In this document: piece by piece, positions 1 through 12,495 of the stretch | Layout of the letters: every line of letters starts with the position of its first letter | Numbering within the stretch: position 1 is the first letter of the stretch | Assembly: GCF_009834535.1 (NCBI RefSeq) | Contig: NC_045697.1 | Span: 64,234,001-64,298,000 of the forward strand | Source: Camelus ferus | Taxonomy: Eukaryota | Reading direction: 5' to 3' | Length of the DNA stretch: 64,000 nucleotides | Notes under the pieces: generated by a model | Databases searched by the model: none | What the model saw: the letters and a program-made list of their open reading frames with translations, nothing else | Told to the model about the DNA's origin: nothing | Position numbers and translations under genes: made by a program

Positions 1-1796
1 AGTGAAAAAGGATTTATAAAATGTTTTACTCACATCTGCTTTCTTCAAAATACTCAAGCTACTTTATACACTGCCTTTTTTGATCCAAAAACCTCAACAC
101 AAAATAATACTGTATTCTATTTGTATCTTTTCATATACTTAATAAACTTGCAGATGTGTTGGCTTAGGTTTTTGTATTCATTATATCACTCAATATATAA
201 ATTGTACCCACTACTTAACAGTTTAAATAAACAATAGTTAATTGAACCAATTATATTGGATTATTGAGTTCAGTTTGGTAGAAACCCAAGCAGAGATATA
301 AAATTTCTAAATAACAATATTAGAGAATAATAAGAAGTCTTCTAATTTATCCATCAAAGACTGGCTTTACAAAATAAGTATAAAAGTATAAAATTTTAAT
401 TATTTTCAAAAGATACCTTACCTGTCAAAAATGTATTTTTGAGTTGTTAGCATGTGTAAAATTATTTCAGTTTTAGTTGCAATGCATCAGAATTCCCTAG
501 AAGCCTAATTTAAGACATGAGGCTTTTCAAGAAAATCATAAGTGTTTCAAAACTATTAAATGTCAAGCCAGATAACATACACCATGGAGTCTATGTTGTG
601 AAATTTGGACAAAGGAATGTTCTGTCCCATAGCTTCCAATGGTTCCAGTCATGTCTGAGAGCATCGGTGGCCATGCTGCCTGACATGTGACTTTGCTTCT
701 GTGACCACAGCCAGCTGGGCCAAGGGAGAGCATTAGCCTCGAGGGAAGATCAACCACATGCTGATTGGTGGACTTTATAAAATTTCTCAGTAATGAATGT
801 TTTAGCTGACAAGGGAGAGGTGACTAAGTTAAACCTGTAAGAGTCTTTCAGTGAGGGATTTAAAAGTGTTATGCAAACCCAGTATTTACTAGCAGCTGCT
901 CAAGCTGAAAGAAGAAAAGGATATCAGACACTGCACAGGGAAAGAAAGATGAAATTAATCATCTTTATACTATGAGCACTACTGCTAGTAGTAATAATGT
1001 ATAGAAATAGCTGGTGAACAGCAACAGGAGCTGAGAGGGAGCATGTAAATCACATAAATGATGCAATACAGAAATGAAGAGGAAACTTTCACAGCTGATT
1101 CTTTAGCACGATAATATCTCAGGGTATCTTGGCAACTCTAGATTCTGAATTGCCTCCTGGTTTCCATCATCTAGTTTTCAAAAGCTATGCCTGTACTGCA
1201 GTTTTGAATTTCATTTGCATGTCCTGATCTACCTACTATTCCTGGATTCCCACAAGGCCTTGCTATAACAAGGAAATTAGCTTTCTCCTCATTTTATTGT
1301 ATAGTTTTTAACCAAATCCCTTTTTCTAATCTAAGTAACTTGATATCTAAAGAAGCTTCATACAGATTTCAGCTAATCTAAGGAGAGTTAATATCTTTCC
1401 ATATTCCATGGTCCTTAGTCAAAAGTATGACACCAAACTTACTTCAGCTAGAAGTAAAACATCACAGAGAACATAGTTGTAAGGTACAATACAATCTACT
1501 GGATATAACTTTACAAATGTTACTACCCCAACCATTTTCGCAATAAATCAAATTTTTATAATTGAATTGTTTAATAACAGAGCTCAAATACATACATAAT
1601 TCCTCACGTTGCAGAGAATAATTGTACTTGTACCTAACCACTTTGAAAATAATTCATAAACATCTAGGATGTCACTTTAAGAAGCACATCAAGAAAAAAC
1701 TATGAATAAATAAAATCCTTTGGTATTAGGAATTGTCACCAGTAGTGAGAAGAAATACATCATATAAGATCAAGGAAACGTACAGTGACTTTATAG

Positions 1797-2588
1797 TGTT
1801 AAAAGATAAACGGAGGCATATTAAAATTTTTAAGTTTTTTTTTTTTGAGGAAAAACTGATTTTAATTGGGCAGCATCCAATCTAGCAGATAGAAAAGAGA
1901 AAGAAAAATAACATATAATATCATTCATATGTGGAATCAAAAAAAAAAAAAGACACAAATTAACTTATCTACAAATCAGAGACAGACTCACAGACATAGT
2001 AAACAAACATGATTACCAGTGGGGAAAGGAGGTGAGAAGGAATAAATTGGGAGTTTGAGATTTGCAAATACTAACTACTATATATAAAATAGATAAACAA
2101 CAAGTGTCTTCTGTATAGCACAGAGAACTAATATTCAATATCTTATAGTAACCTATAATGAAAAAGAACATGAAAACAAATATATGTATGTATATGTATG
2201 ACTGAAACATGCTGTATACCAGAAATTGACACATTGTAAACTGACTATACTTCAATTACAAAAAAAAAAAAAAGCTGAAAAAGTGAAAAAAAAAAAAAAG
2301 AAAAAGTTCTGAGGAGCTGTACAAAATGAGAGACTTTTTATAGTCAGAAGGGAGCCAGAAGAAGTTCTATTAGGCAAAAGTGGATTTTTATCCCAAAGTT
2401 ACTTTCTTCTAGGGAATGTCAGGGTTCTATCAGGCAGATTACCTAACTGGTGCTGATCAGGTGATTCTTGATTGACTGTTTTAAGATTCCATTTCTGGGA
2501 GAGCAGAAACTGTAATTAAATTAAATCTTGGTTAGGTGATATGGGACAGCATACATGACTTCATTTGGGATTATTATTTTTTTTAACA
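1797..2588 (-). mobile_element. Solo ERV1-class LTR, interrupted by an L1 3' end
   Basis: Termini TGTT... (1797) and ...AACA (2588), flanked by an identical 4-bp TSD ATAG (1793-1796 and 2589-2592). A 4-bp TSD is typical of ERV1. LTR sequence occupies about 1797-1890 and 2299-2588. Orientation is from recalled laurasiatherian LTR sequence. Confidence 0.85.
1891..2298 (+). mobile_element. 5'-truncated young L1 3'UTR (camelid/cetartiodactyl type) with poly(A)
   Basis: Contains 'gagtttgagatttgcaaatactaactactatatataaaatagataaacaacaag...acattgtaaactgactatacttcaat' followed by an A tail. Homologous to the copies at 17093-18298 and 48665-49178. Confidence 0.9.
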
Positions 2589-3469
2589 ATAGCCATATTT
2601 CCGTTAGTAATTTCCTTATCTTTATTGTTCATCCTAAACTATAATTCATGTTTGAAGGATAACTTTCCCCTTTTCCTATAAATATTCCTTTTCAACTTTT
2701 CTCTTAAAGAATATGCACCTTTGGGAAATCAATGAGAATGAACAGTTCCCCTTCATATGATTTTAATAAAAATTTCAAAACATGCTACAGATATTTAAAA
2801 ATAAATGTAAATAATAATATAAAATGAAAAGCAATAATATGTAGGAAAATTCAAAAGATGATAGAAAACATACATCTAAAAAACAGAAATTAACAAAACA
2901 GGGGAAAGACGAGTATAAACATAGATAGAAGCAATCTTTCAAAAGTTCACAAAAGTAGAGTTTTAGAATTCAAGTGGAATAAGGAAAAAAGTCAAAAAAT
3001 ACAAGCTGAACCTAAGATATAATCAAGAAATAACTGTAAGTATAATTAAAGTATCTTCTCAAGACTTTAATAAGGTATTTATGGGAGGGGGCTCTCTGTA
3101 AGTGTACAGGTCTTGATTGTATTATTTTGATTTATATTATTAACTTTAATATGCAAAATAAATATAGTCTCTCAATTTGTTGAATGGTATTGAAAGTCTA
3201 CTATTTTGGTACTAAGCTAACCTATTTTTTGAAAGCAAATTCATTTATCAAATCCTGAAGATTTTACAAGTATTTACTTGTTCTCTTTTGTCTCTTAATT
3301 TCTCCACTTAATTTGTGGAGCCCTTTATTCCTACAACCGTACAGACTGGCTGCATTTTAGGTTTGTGGTACATTTGTCATTCTAAAATGAAACAACATGC
3401 ACCTCCCAGCTTCAATGAACCCTTTCTTGGATCTCATATTTTTCTCCTTTATTATTTTCTCTCATATTT

Positions 3470-4740
3470 TTATTGGATAAATCCTCAGATAACTTCTTAA
3501 ATTTCTGAGTCTTTGCTAATCTGAAAATATCTTTTTTACGCTTTTACACTTGACTGATAGTTTTGGAATGGAATTCTGATTTGAATTGTCCCTTAGCAAA
3601 TTAAAGATCTTGTTCCATTATCTTTTTCTTCTTTTTTATCCAGCTGTACTGAAGCATAATTGACAAAACTGTATACATTTAAAGTGCATAACATGATGAT
3701 TTTGTATACATATACACTGTGAAATTTTATCACAACTAAGTTTATTAACATTACCATCACCTCACAGCTATTTTTTTGTATGTGTGTGTAGTAAAAACAC
3801 TTAAGATACACTCTCAGCAAATTTCAAGGATACAAAACAGTGTAGTATTATCTATAGTCACCACGCTGTAGATCAGATTCATAGAACTTCTTTGTCTTAT
3901 AACTGAAAGTTTGTATCTTTGACCAACATCTTTCCATTTCCCCCTCCTTCTCCACAATCCCCAGCCCCTGGCAGTCACTATAACCACCAGTCTACATTGT
4001 TTCTAAGAGTTCAAATTTTTTTAACTAAAATACAATACTTTAGTATTTGTCTTTCTATATCTGGCTTATTTCACTTAGTATAATGCCCTCCAGGTTCATT
4101 CACGTCACATATGGCAGGATTTCCTTCTATTTTTAAGGCTGGGTAATACCCCATTGTCTTCCACACCCTGTACTGCTAATAGGAGATACCCTTCTGGTCT
4201 AATTGCAGTCCTTTTGTGGGTGACCTTATTCCCTCCACCCCACCCACTCTCTTCAAGCATGTAGGGCAATTTCTTTATCCTCCTTGTTCTGAAATCTTAC
4301 ATTAATGTGTTGTGTTTATGGCATCTTGGTAGGATTCCCAAGTCATGTGGCTCTAAGAAATTTCCTTGTATTAATTTGACTACTTTTTCCTATTTTCTCT
4401 ATTACTTCTCTTTAGAATTCTAATAGGAGGATGGTGAGACTGCTGAAAAGGATCTTTATGATTCTTACTTATCTATGTCACTTTTTATCCTTTTGAGTTT
4501 TTGTTCTACTTTGTCATTGCTAATATTCTAATATTTTTATTGCTTACCTAATAATTTCTGCAATTCTACTTGTAATTTGCAAAGTTTTTTTTTATTACTG
4601 AATGGTTCTTTTTATATTACTCTTTTCCTGTTCTTATTTAATATATAATTGTTTCTTGAAAACTCTTACAGAAATCTAATTGCAAGTGTGTTTGTAACTA
4701 GTTCTTCTTTTTCCCATGAATTACTTCTGATTCCTACAGG
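3470..4740 (-). mobile_element. Old, heavily decayed L1 (L1M-type) body, interrupted by a younger L1 3' end
   Basis: T-rich antisense L1-like tracts on both sides of 3632-4160, e.g. 'cacttgactgatagttttggaatggaattctg' and 'aagaaatttccttgtattaattt'. Confidence 0.5.
3632..4160 (-). mobile_element. L1 3' end (L1MA-like)
   Basis: Antisense 3'UTR 'gaagcataattgacaaaactgtatacatttaaagtgcataacatgatg' through 'tggcttatttcacttagtataatgccctccaggttcat'. Confidence 0.85.
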
Positions 4741-4784
4741 GTCACATTTTTCCCTTTTTTTAAACTTTATTACTTAAAGACATA

Positions 4785-7081
4785 GAGACATACCTCAGAG
4801 ATATTCAGAGTTCATTTCCAGACCATTGTAATAAAGCAAATATCACAATAAAGTGAGTCCCACGAATTTTTTGGTTTCCTAGTGTATATAAAAGTAATGT
4901 TTATACTATAGTGTAGTCTATTAAGTGTGCAACGTTGTTTCTAAATAAACAATCTATGTACCTTAATTTAAAAATACTTTATTGCTAAAAGCGCTAACCA
5001 TCATCTGAGCTTTCAGAAGTCATAATCTTTTTGCTGGTGGAGGGCTTTGCCTTGATGTTAATAGCTGATGACTAATCAGGGTGGTGGTTAGTGAGATTTG
5101 GGGTGGCTGTGGCAATTTCTTAAAACAAGACTGTGAAGTTTGCTGAATTGGTTGACTCTTTCTTTCATAAGTAGTTTCTCTGTAGCATGCAATGCTGTTT
5201 AATAGCATTTTACCCACAGTAGAACTCTTCTCAAAACTTGCCATCTGTTTATCAACTAAGTTTATATTCTAAATCCTTTGTTGTCATTCCAGTAGTCCTC
5301 ACTAGGAATAGATTTTGTCTCAAGAAGCTGTTTTTTCTTTGCTTATTTGTAAGAGGCAATTTCTCATCCATCAGCACTTTACCATGAGATTATGGCAATT
5401 CTGTCCCATCTTCAGGCTCTACTTCTAATTCTAATTCTCTTATTATTTCTGCTACAGCTATAGTTATTTCCTCCATCGAAGTCTTGAACCCCTCAAAGTC
5501 ATCCATGATGGTTGTAAGCAACTTCTTCCAAATGCTTGTTAATGTTGATATTGTGACTTCTTCCTATGAGTCATGAATGTTCTTCATGGCATCTAGAATG
5601 ATGAATTCTTTCCAGAAGTTTTTCAAATGACTTTGCCCTGGTCCATCAGAGGCGTCAGCATCCATGGCAGCTGTAGCCTGTGAAATTCTTAAATAATAAT
5701 AAGATTTGAAAGTTGAAATTACTCTTTGGTCCTACAGGATGAATATGGCATGAAAACAACATCAATCTCATGTACATCTCCATCAATGCTCTCTGGTGAC
5801 CAGGTACATTGTCAATGAATAGTAATGTTTTGAAAGAAATCTTTTTTTCTGAGCAGTTGGTCTCAACAGTGGGCTCAAAATGTTCAGTAAACCATGTTGT
5901 CAACAGATATACTGTCATTCAGGCTTTGTTGTTCCATGTATAGAGTGGAGGAAGAGTCAATTTAGCATAATTCTTAAGAGTTTTAGGATTTTTAGAGTGA
6001 TAAATGAGCACTGGCTTCAACTTAGTCACCAGGTGCATTAGTAGCCCCTACCAGCAGAGTCAGCCTGTCCCGTGAAGCTTTGAAGCCAGGTGTTGACTTC
6101 TCCTCTCTAGCTATCAAAATTTCAGATGCCATCTACTTCCAATAAAAGGCTGTTTCATCTACATTGAATATCTGTGGTTTAGTGTAGCCACCTTAATGAA
6201 TTATCTTATCAAGATCTTCTGGATAACTTGCTGCTTCACCTTACACTTTTATGTTATGAAAACAGCTTTTTCTTTCTACCTCATGAACCAACCTCTGCTA
6301 GCTTCAAACTTTTCTTCTGCAGCTTCCTCACTTCTCTCAGCCTTCATAGAACTGAAGAGATATAGAGACTTGCTATGTGTACAATTTTGGCTTAAAGAAA
6401 TGCTGTGGCTGATTTGGTCATCTATCCAGATCACTGAAACTTTCTCCATATCAGCTATAAGGCTGTTTCTCTTACTTACCATTCATGTGTTCACTGGAGA
6501 GCACTTTTAATTTCCATCATGAACTTTTCCTTTGCATTTTCCACTTGGCTTACTGTTGTAAAAGGCCTAGCTTTTGACCTGTCTCAGCTTTCAATATGCC
6601 TTTCTCACTAAGTATAATAATCTTTTCTACTTTTTGATTTAAAGTGAGAGGCATGTGACTCTTCCTTTCACTTGAACACTTAGAGACTATTGTAGGGTTA
6701 GTAATTGACCTAATTTCAATAATTTTGTGTTATAGGCAATAGGGAGGCCTGAGAAAAGGGAGAGATATGGGGGAACTGCCAATTGGTGGAGTGGTTAGAA
6801 CACATACAACATTTACTGATGAAGTTCATCATTCTATATGGGCACAGTTTGTGATGCTTCAAAACAATTACAATGATAAATCAAAGATCACTGACCACAG
6901 AGCACTATAAAAATATAATCTTAACGAAACAAATTTTAATACTACAATAATTACCAAAATGCGACACAGAGACATAAAGTGAACAAATGATGTTAGAAAA
7001 ATAGCTCCAATAGACTTGTTCAATGCAGGGTTGCCACAAACCTTCAATTTATATAAAACACAATAAAATAAAGTATGCCTA
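4785..7081 (-). mobile_element. Near-full-length Tigger1 DNA transposon (TcMar-Tigger), about 2.3 kb
   Basis: Degenerate TIRs 'gagacatacctcagagatatt' and 'aaagtatgccta' (consensus CAGGCATACCTC), with TA dinucleotides at 4783-4784 and 7082-7083. The interior matches Tigger1, e.g. 'gcagggttgccacaaaccttcaattt'. Confidence 0.93.
5020..6650 (-). pseudogene. Disrupted Tigger1 (pogo-like) transposase
   Basis: ORF 6276-6482 ([17 protein letters not shown]...[22 protein letters not shown]) is the CENP-B-type HTH region. ORF 5655-5918 (WFTEHFEPTVE..CSEKKISFKTLLFIDNVPGH) is the DDE domain. ORF 5020-5244 is the C-terminal region. Frames are broken by stops and frameshifts. Confidence 0.88.
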
Positions 7082-7099
7082 TATGTGGTAAAATATTTT

Positions 7100-7500
7100 G
7101 ACATTATACAAAAGGACTAAATAATAAGCATCAAGCCTATCCTCTTTAACAAATAAAAAATATCAATTGTATTGAAAAAAGTATCTTCAATGCAAGTATA
7201 TACTCTTCTCTCCATCCTTCATTTTCAAATGTAAAAAATATTCTGAATTTGTTTTTTATATTCCCATATATTTCTTATTATCTTACATTTTCATATATCA
7301 TAAAAATAATCTTTTGGGATATGTTTAATATCTTTTTGTAAATGGTATCATATATTTATATTCTCTTGCTTTTAACACTCAATATTATATTTCAAGTATC
7401 ATTTATATGGATGTAGTTTAATCTTGTTCATTCATATTCATTGCTAATGGCACTAATTTGTTTAGACAGATGACTGCTTAGTTACCCATTTTTGTGTTAA
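7100..7500 (-). mobile_element. Ancient L1 3' fragment (L1ME-like)
   Basis: Degenerate antisense motifs 'taaatggtatcatatatttatattctcttgcttttaacactcaatattatatttcaag'. Confidence 0.5.
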
Positions 7501-7505
7501 TAGCT

Positions 7506-7725
7506 ATATAATAAATAAGTCACAGGGATGTAATAAACAGCATATGAAATATGGTCAACAACATTGCAATAACTTCATATGGGGTCAGATGGTCACTAAC
7601 TAGACTTACTGTGATGCATTATGATGTATGTAAATGTCAAATAATTATGTAGTACACCTGAAAGTATCATAATAGTACATATCAACTATATTTCAATAAA
7701 AATAGAGAAGAAATTTTTAAAAATA
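7506..7725 (+). mobile_element. Short L1 3' terminus
   Basis: 'ataaataagtcacagggatgtaa...tgtagtacacctgaaagtatcataatagtacatatcaactatatttcaataaaaa'. Confidence 0.8.
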
Positions 7726-7754
7726 AATACACTCCCCTAGTACCTCTTCTTACA

Positions 7755-7846
7755 AAAAAGAAAGAGAGAGAGAGAAAGCAAGCAAGCAAGCAAGGAAGGA
7801 AGGAAAAGAAAAAGAAATGAAGGAGAAGAAAAGCAAAAAAAAAAAG
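7755..7846 (+). repeat. Purine-rich compound microsatellite (GA)n(GCAA)n(GGAA)n plus A-rich tract
   Basis: Directly visible. Confidence 0.85.
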
Positions 7847-8794
7847 CTAATTAGGAGCTCTGGTTACATGGGTGGGGCCTGACATACAACACCTACAGAA
7901 ACGCCAGAATGAAGAAGTCTTTACTCTGGCTTTAACACCCACAGTGTCTACCTTAGGTGTCTTGCAGAAATTTTATTTAGTCAACATTGAGAAAAACCTC
8001 CCTGGTTTTGACTGGAATGTAAAAAACTGGCTTCTGGGTGTTCTGTACATGCTATGAGAGTAGATTATCTATAATTGCAAGTAAAGATCTGTAAATAATG
8101 CCATGTTAATTTTATCCCACATGTGCTATCTGTCTAAAAAACCCACAAGTCCCAGCTGTCTAAAAAACCCACGCCTCTGGGATTCTACAAGGAATGCTGG
8201 GTCCACACTGGCTGCAGCTCCTCCATGTATACATTTATCTTCCCTGTCCTCTGCTTTTCTTTACCAGTTACTATTTCCCAAACCAACTTCAGTTTTTCAG
8301 AAATTTATTGAAATACCTTTTGTTCTCCTTACTCAGTCTTCTCATTCTCTTTGTATCTGCAGGGGTTAATTTGTTTAAAAAAAATTACTATCACTTACAT
8401 GGAACTTTGGGAGGGAGAAAATAGATAAACCCATTTGCTATGGCCAGCATCTTAAAAATTCCTGCTACCTAGTTGTCTACAAGTCTTAATATTTTCTTAA
8501 GGGTGAAAGACAGTATTAATAAATAGTGATCCAGGTGTGGACTGGTAAACTAGAAAGTTAATCACCTTCTAATAGATAGCTACTTTTTAGATTCATGCAG
8601 GAATGCAGGCCAGTATTATCAGATTTCATGATTTTTAGAAATAGATCAGCCATCAGAATTTTTACATTAGACCTCCTATTTTTAATGATGGCGTTATTTT
8701 TGTCAGCATTGTTTGAACTCAACATATCTGCAGCAAGTATCCAGAGTGTATGATATTCCTTTTAGATATATTATTAACTTCATTATTTTTAAAA

Positions 8795-8935
8795 TCCTGA
8801 CAACTAGTTATTATTCCCCACATTACAAATGAATAAGCTGAGGTGTTCTAATAAGGTTAATTAGTTTGCCAGATGCTATAGAGAGGACTTGAATCTTGTT
8901 CCAAGTCCAGATTGTCTGACATCAAACCCATCATA
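8795..8935 (-). mobile_element. MIR SINE fragment
   Basis: Antisense MIR core 'tattattccccacattacaaatgaataagctgagg...aaggttaattagtttgcc'. Confidence 0.7.
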
Positions 8936-9854
8936 TTCCAAAGAACACTGTATGTTGTTGCTAAGTAGGTGATAAATAAAATACACCATACAGTTATCGC
9001 AAGAAATGGAAATCTTATTCTGTATTTCTTTTGAAAATGCTACATATGTTCTAAAAATATCTTTTGATTTAAGGGAGTTTGAAGATTACTCATATTCTTG
9101 ATCATCAAATAACCTGAAACAGGAGCCAAAACTAACTTCCTTCAGTCTTAACCGCCTACTCATTTCTCAGGGTCTTGCAAGCTGATTTCAGCTCCACCCA
9201 CTCCATTCCAAAGAAGACAAGAGTAACACTTTAAGGGGCGTTTTATTTTCATGTGCAGCAGGCAGGAATTATTTCTCATTAGACACTTCATAAACGTGTT
9301 TAACGGTGAATGCACTGCTTGACGAGTAAGATTGTGTTAGTGTATGTGTCACCTGTTCCTAGGAATGGGGTTTTAATAAGTTACGCTCAACAAACCAAGA
9401 ACAATTTGAAATACTTAGATGCAGATATTCTGTGTGACTCCCAAGAGGTATCAAGTGTTAGCAAAAATTTTGCTACTAATGTTCTGTGATAGTAATATTT
9501 TGTTTTATAATTGTGTAAGATATAAATGTTTCTAGTTTTCTTTAAAAAAATTGTATTTTGATGAATACATAGTGCATATATTCATTTTATATGTTCCAAA
9601 ATGAATAAATCTTACTCATTTTACATGTTCCCAATTCTTCAAATAATTATTTGACCAGATAATTAGAAATTAGTTTATTAATTTATTATCAAATATGCCT
9701 ATTATATATATATATGTTTGTGTGTATATATGTATGTATATATATAATTTAAAATATGTGCATTTTTCTTACTAAATATATCATAAAAAATCAATCTATG
9801 AAGTTGTTATCTGATTAAATAGACTTGATCTAAACACCACCTGTACTGGTTAAA

Positions 9855-10180
9855 CTGAAGTCTAAGCCTCCATCATCTCTCTCCAAGACTATGCCCAGGC
9901 CTCCTAAATGATCTCTTTAGTCCAGTTTTACACTTCCTCTGCTTATATTCATTTTTTGTACAGAAGAGTTTTTAAAGAATAACACATCTTTTCACTCCTC
10001 TGCTTGCACACCTTCAACAGTTTTCCATTAAGCTTAGCATAAAGATGCAGAGCCCTATATACCTCTACCTGGCTCTACATAACCGAACATTCTTCCTCTC
10101 CTCATTACATTCCAGCCTCAGTGATGGTATTGTAATCCATCCAAAACTCTACCTTAGGGCTTTGCCACCTTCCCAAACAT
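9855..10180 (+). mobile_element. L2 LINE fragment
   Basis: 'aagcctccatcatctctctccaagactatgcccaggcctcctaaatgatctc...tcactcctctgcttgcacaccttcaacagttttccatt'. Confidence 0.7.
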
Positions 10181-10261
10181 AGCACTCTGTTTTATTTGTA
10201 GCTTAGTACAAAACTGTTTTTTAAAATAATATATTCTGAACTTTCATAGTCATATGTTTTT

Positions 10262-10560
10262 TCTTTTTTTTTTTTATGGAAGTATAAGGCACTACAGAAA
10301 AGCCCACAAACCAGAGTGCACAGCTCAGTCAGCTTATAAAGTGAACAGACCCATCTAACTACCATTTAGATCAATATAGTGGCCATTACGAACACTCCAG
10401 AAATTTCCACTGTTCTCTCTGCCAGTCACATCCTTTAAAAGATACACATTGTTCTGACTTTGATTTCCATAGATTAGATTTCCCTATTTTTAACTTCAAA
10501 TAAATGAATTATGTATTATTTTGTGACAGATTTATTTTGTACAGTGTGTTATGTATTATT
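10262..10560 (-). mobile_element. Old L1 3' end (L1MC/L1ME-like)
   Basis: Poly-T followed by 'gaagtataa...cagaaaag...agtgcacagctcag...aaagtgaacagacccatctaactacca'. Confidence 0.7.
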
Positions 10561-10571
10561 GTGTCTGATTC

Positions 10572-11658
10572 CTTTTTTATTGTGGTAAATAAAAATATAT
10601 TGAGAAATCTACCTCTTAGATTTTTAAGTGTATAGTACAGTATTGTTAACGGTATGCATACTGCTGTAGAACCTTCCCATCTAGCATGACTAAAGCTCAA
10701 TGAAAAACACCTCATTTCCCTCTCCCCCAGATCCTGGAAACCATCTTTCTACTTTCTGTTTCTAAGAATTAGACTACTTTAAATACTTCATATGAGTGGA
10801 ATTGTTCAGTATTTGTCTTTCAGTGACTGCCTTATTTCACTTAACAAAATGTTCTCATCCATGTTATCAAATATGTCAGGATTTTTTTAATACAGATTGA
10901 ATAATATTCTATTGTATGTATATACTACAATTTCTTTAGCCATTCATCTACCGACGAATATTTAGGTTGTTTCTACCTTAGTTATTGAATAATGCTGCAG
11001 TGAACAGGAGAGTGGAACTATTTCTCCCAGATCCTGATTTTAATTCTTTTGGATAAATATTCAGAAGTGTATTGGCAGATCATATGGTAATTCTACTTTT
11101 AATTTTTTTGATAAACTCAATAGTATTCTCCACAGTAAATGCACCTTTTTACATTTCCATCAATGGTGTACACTGTTTCCAGTTTCTTCATATCCTCACC
11201 AGCACTTGTTATTTCCTGGTTTTAGTTTTTTTGTTTTGTTTTTTAACTTTGATAATGGCCATGCTAACAGGTGTGGAGGTGGTATCTCATCATGATTTTG
11301 ATTTGCATTTCTTTGATGATTACTGACATTGAGCATCTTTTCATATACCTGCCACTTGTATATCTTTTTGGATAAATTCCTATTCAATTCCTTAGCCCAT
11401 TTTTAATCAGGTTTTTCTATATTGAGTTGTATACATTTCTTGGATATACTGGATATTAATCCCTTATTAAATGAATGGCTTGCAAATACTTTCTCTCATT
11501 CTGTAGGTTGCCTTTCACTCTATTGATTGGGTTTTGTTTGTTTGTTGCTATGCAGAAGCTTTTTAGTTTGATGTAGTCAATGTAGGCAAGAATGTTTTGG
11601 ATATGACACCAAAAATACAAGCTATAAAAGCAAAAATAGACAGGTGGGACTAAATCAA
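10572..11658 (-). mobile_element. L1 (L1MA/MB-like) 3' end with a short inverted 5' segment
   Basis: Antisense 3'UTR and ORF2 C-terminus at 10572-11578, then a sense-strand ORF2 piece at 11579-11658 ('ggatatgacaccaaaa...aaaatagacaggtgggactaaatcaa'). Confidence 0.85.
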
Positions 11659-12334
11659 TGCCAAATATATTTGAATTTTAAGTCACTGCATCTGCAAATT
11701 GTTAGCATTCTCCATTCTCCACTAACAGAAGGCATAACTTAAATTCCAAAAGAGGTATGTATGTATGTGTATATTTGTGTTTGGAAGTCTGTGTGCCCAT
11801 TTTTGTTACATGGTTGCTTGTAGCTGGATAGAAGGAAAGGAAGACTAAGGATAGAGAATCACTTCATGAGGAAAAACAATGATATCTTTCTGATGAAAAA
11901 TTATATACAAACAGTTGGGATTATAAACAGAGGGAGCTTTTAGAAGGAAAGAATTTTTTAGCCTTCATGTTATTGCCAGAGCTAAGGATGGTGCTGGAAA
12001 TGTTAAACTGTTGACTTGATCAGCAGAGATGCTCCTCCTCCTATTCGAGATATTTGCGTTCTGCAGAGAGAACGGTGGATACTTCAAGTAAATAAGAGTA
12101 AATAAGCCCAGAAAATAGCCTTAAAGAAAGGACAGGTTGGGAAAAAAAAAAAGCTAAGCAGAGAAAACATGAAGGATTAATGCATCAGAGCAAAGTGTAG
12201 CAAACTCTAATGGAAATATTAATATGGAAATATTCTTCAACTGATAGCATAAGTCATGGAGGAAAATCAATATAAATGTCAAAAGAATGTGGTGCATTGT
12301 GAAGCTTTAGTACAAGGATTTGTTGGAAACCTAG

Positions 12335-12495
12335 TATTTATTAGCTTGGAGATCTTGAGCAAATTAAATGATCTGAGCTTCATTTTCATTATTTGTAACA
12401 TGAAAATGTCTCATTTAGGATTGTTATAGTGATCATAACATCACATATTTAAAAATGTTAAGTAACACAAGGCACACAATGATAATGGTAGTATT
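12335..12495 (+). mobile_element. MIR fragment
   Basis: 'atcttgagcaaattaaatgatctgagcttcattttcattatttgtaacatg...ggattgttatag'. Confidence 0.6.

Noticed and set aside
760..785. CCAAT plus TATA promoter ('ctgattggtggactttataaaa')
   Set aside because: Spacing is too short for a canonical CCAAT-TATA arrangement, and there is no CpG island or downstream exon.
5655..6482. Functional TIGD1-like gene
   Set aside because: The frames are fragmented and the region is enclosed by Tigger1 TIRs.
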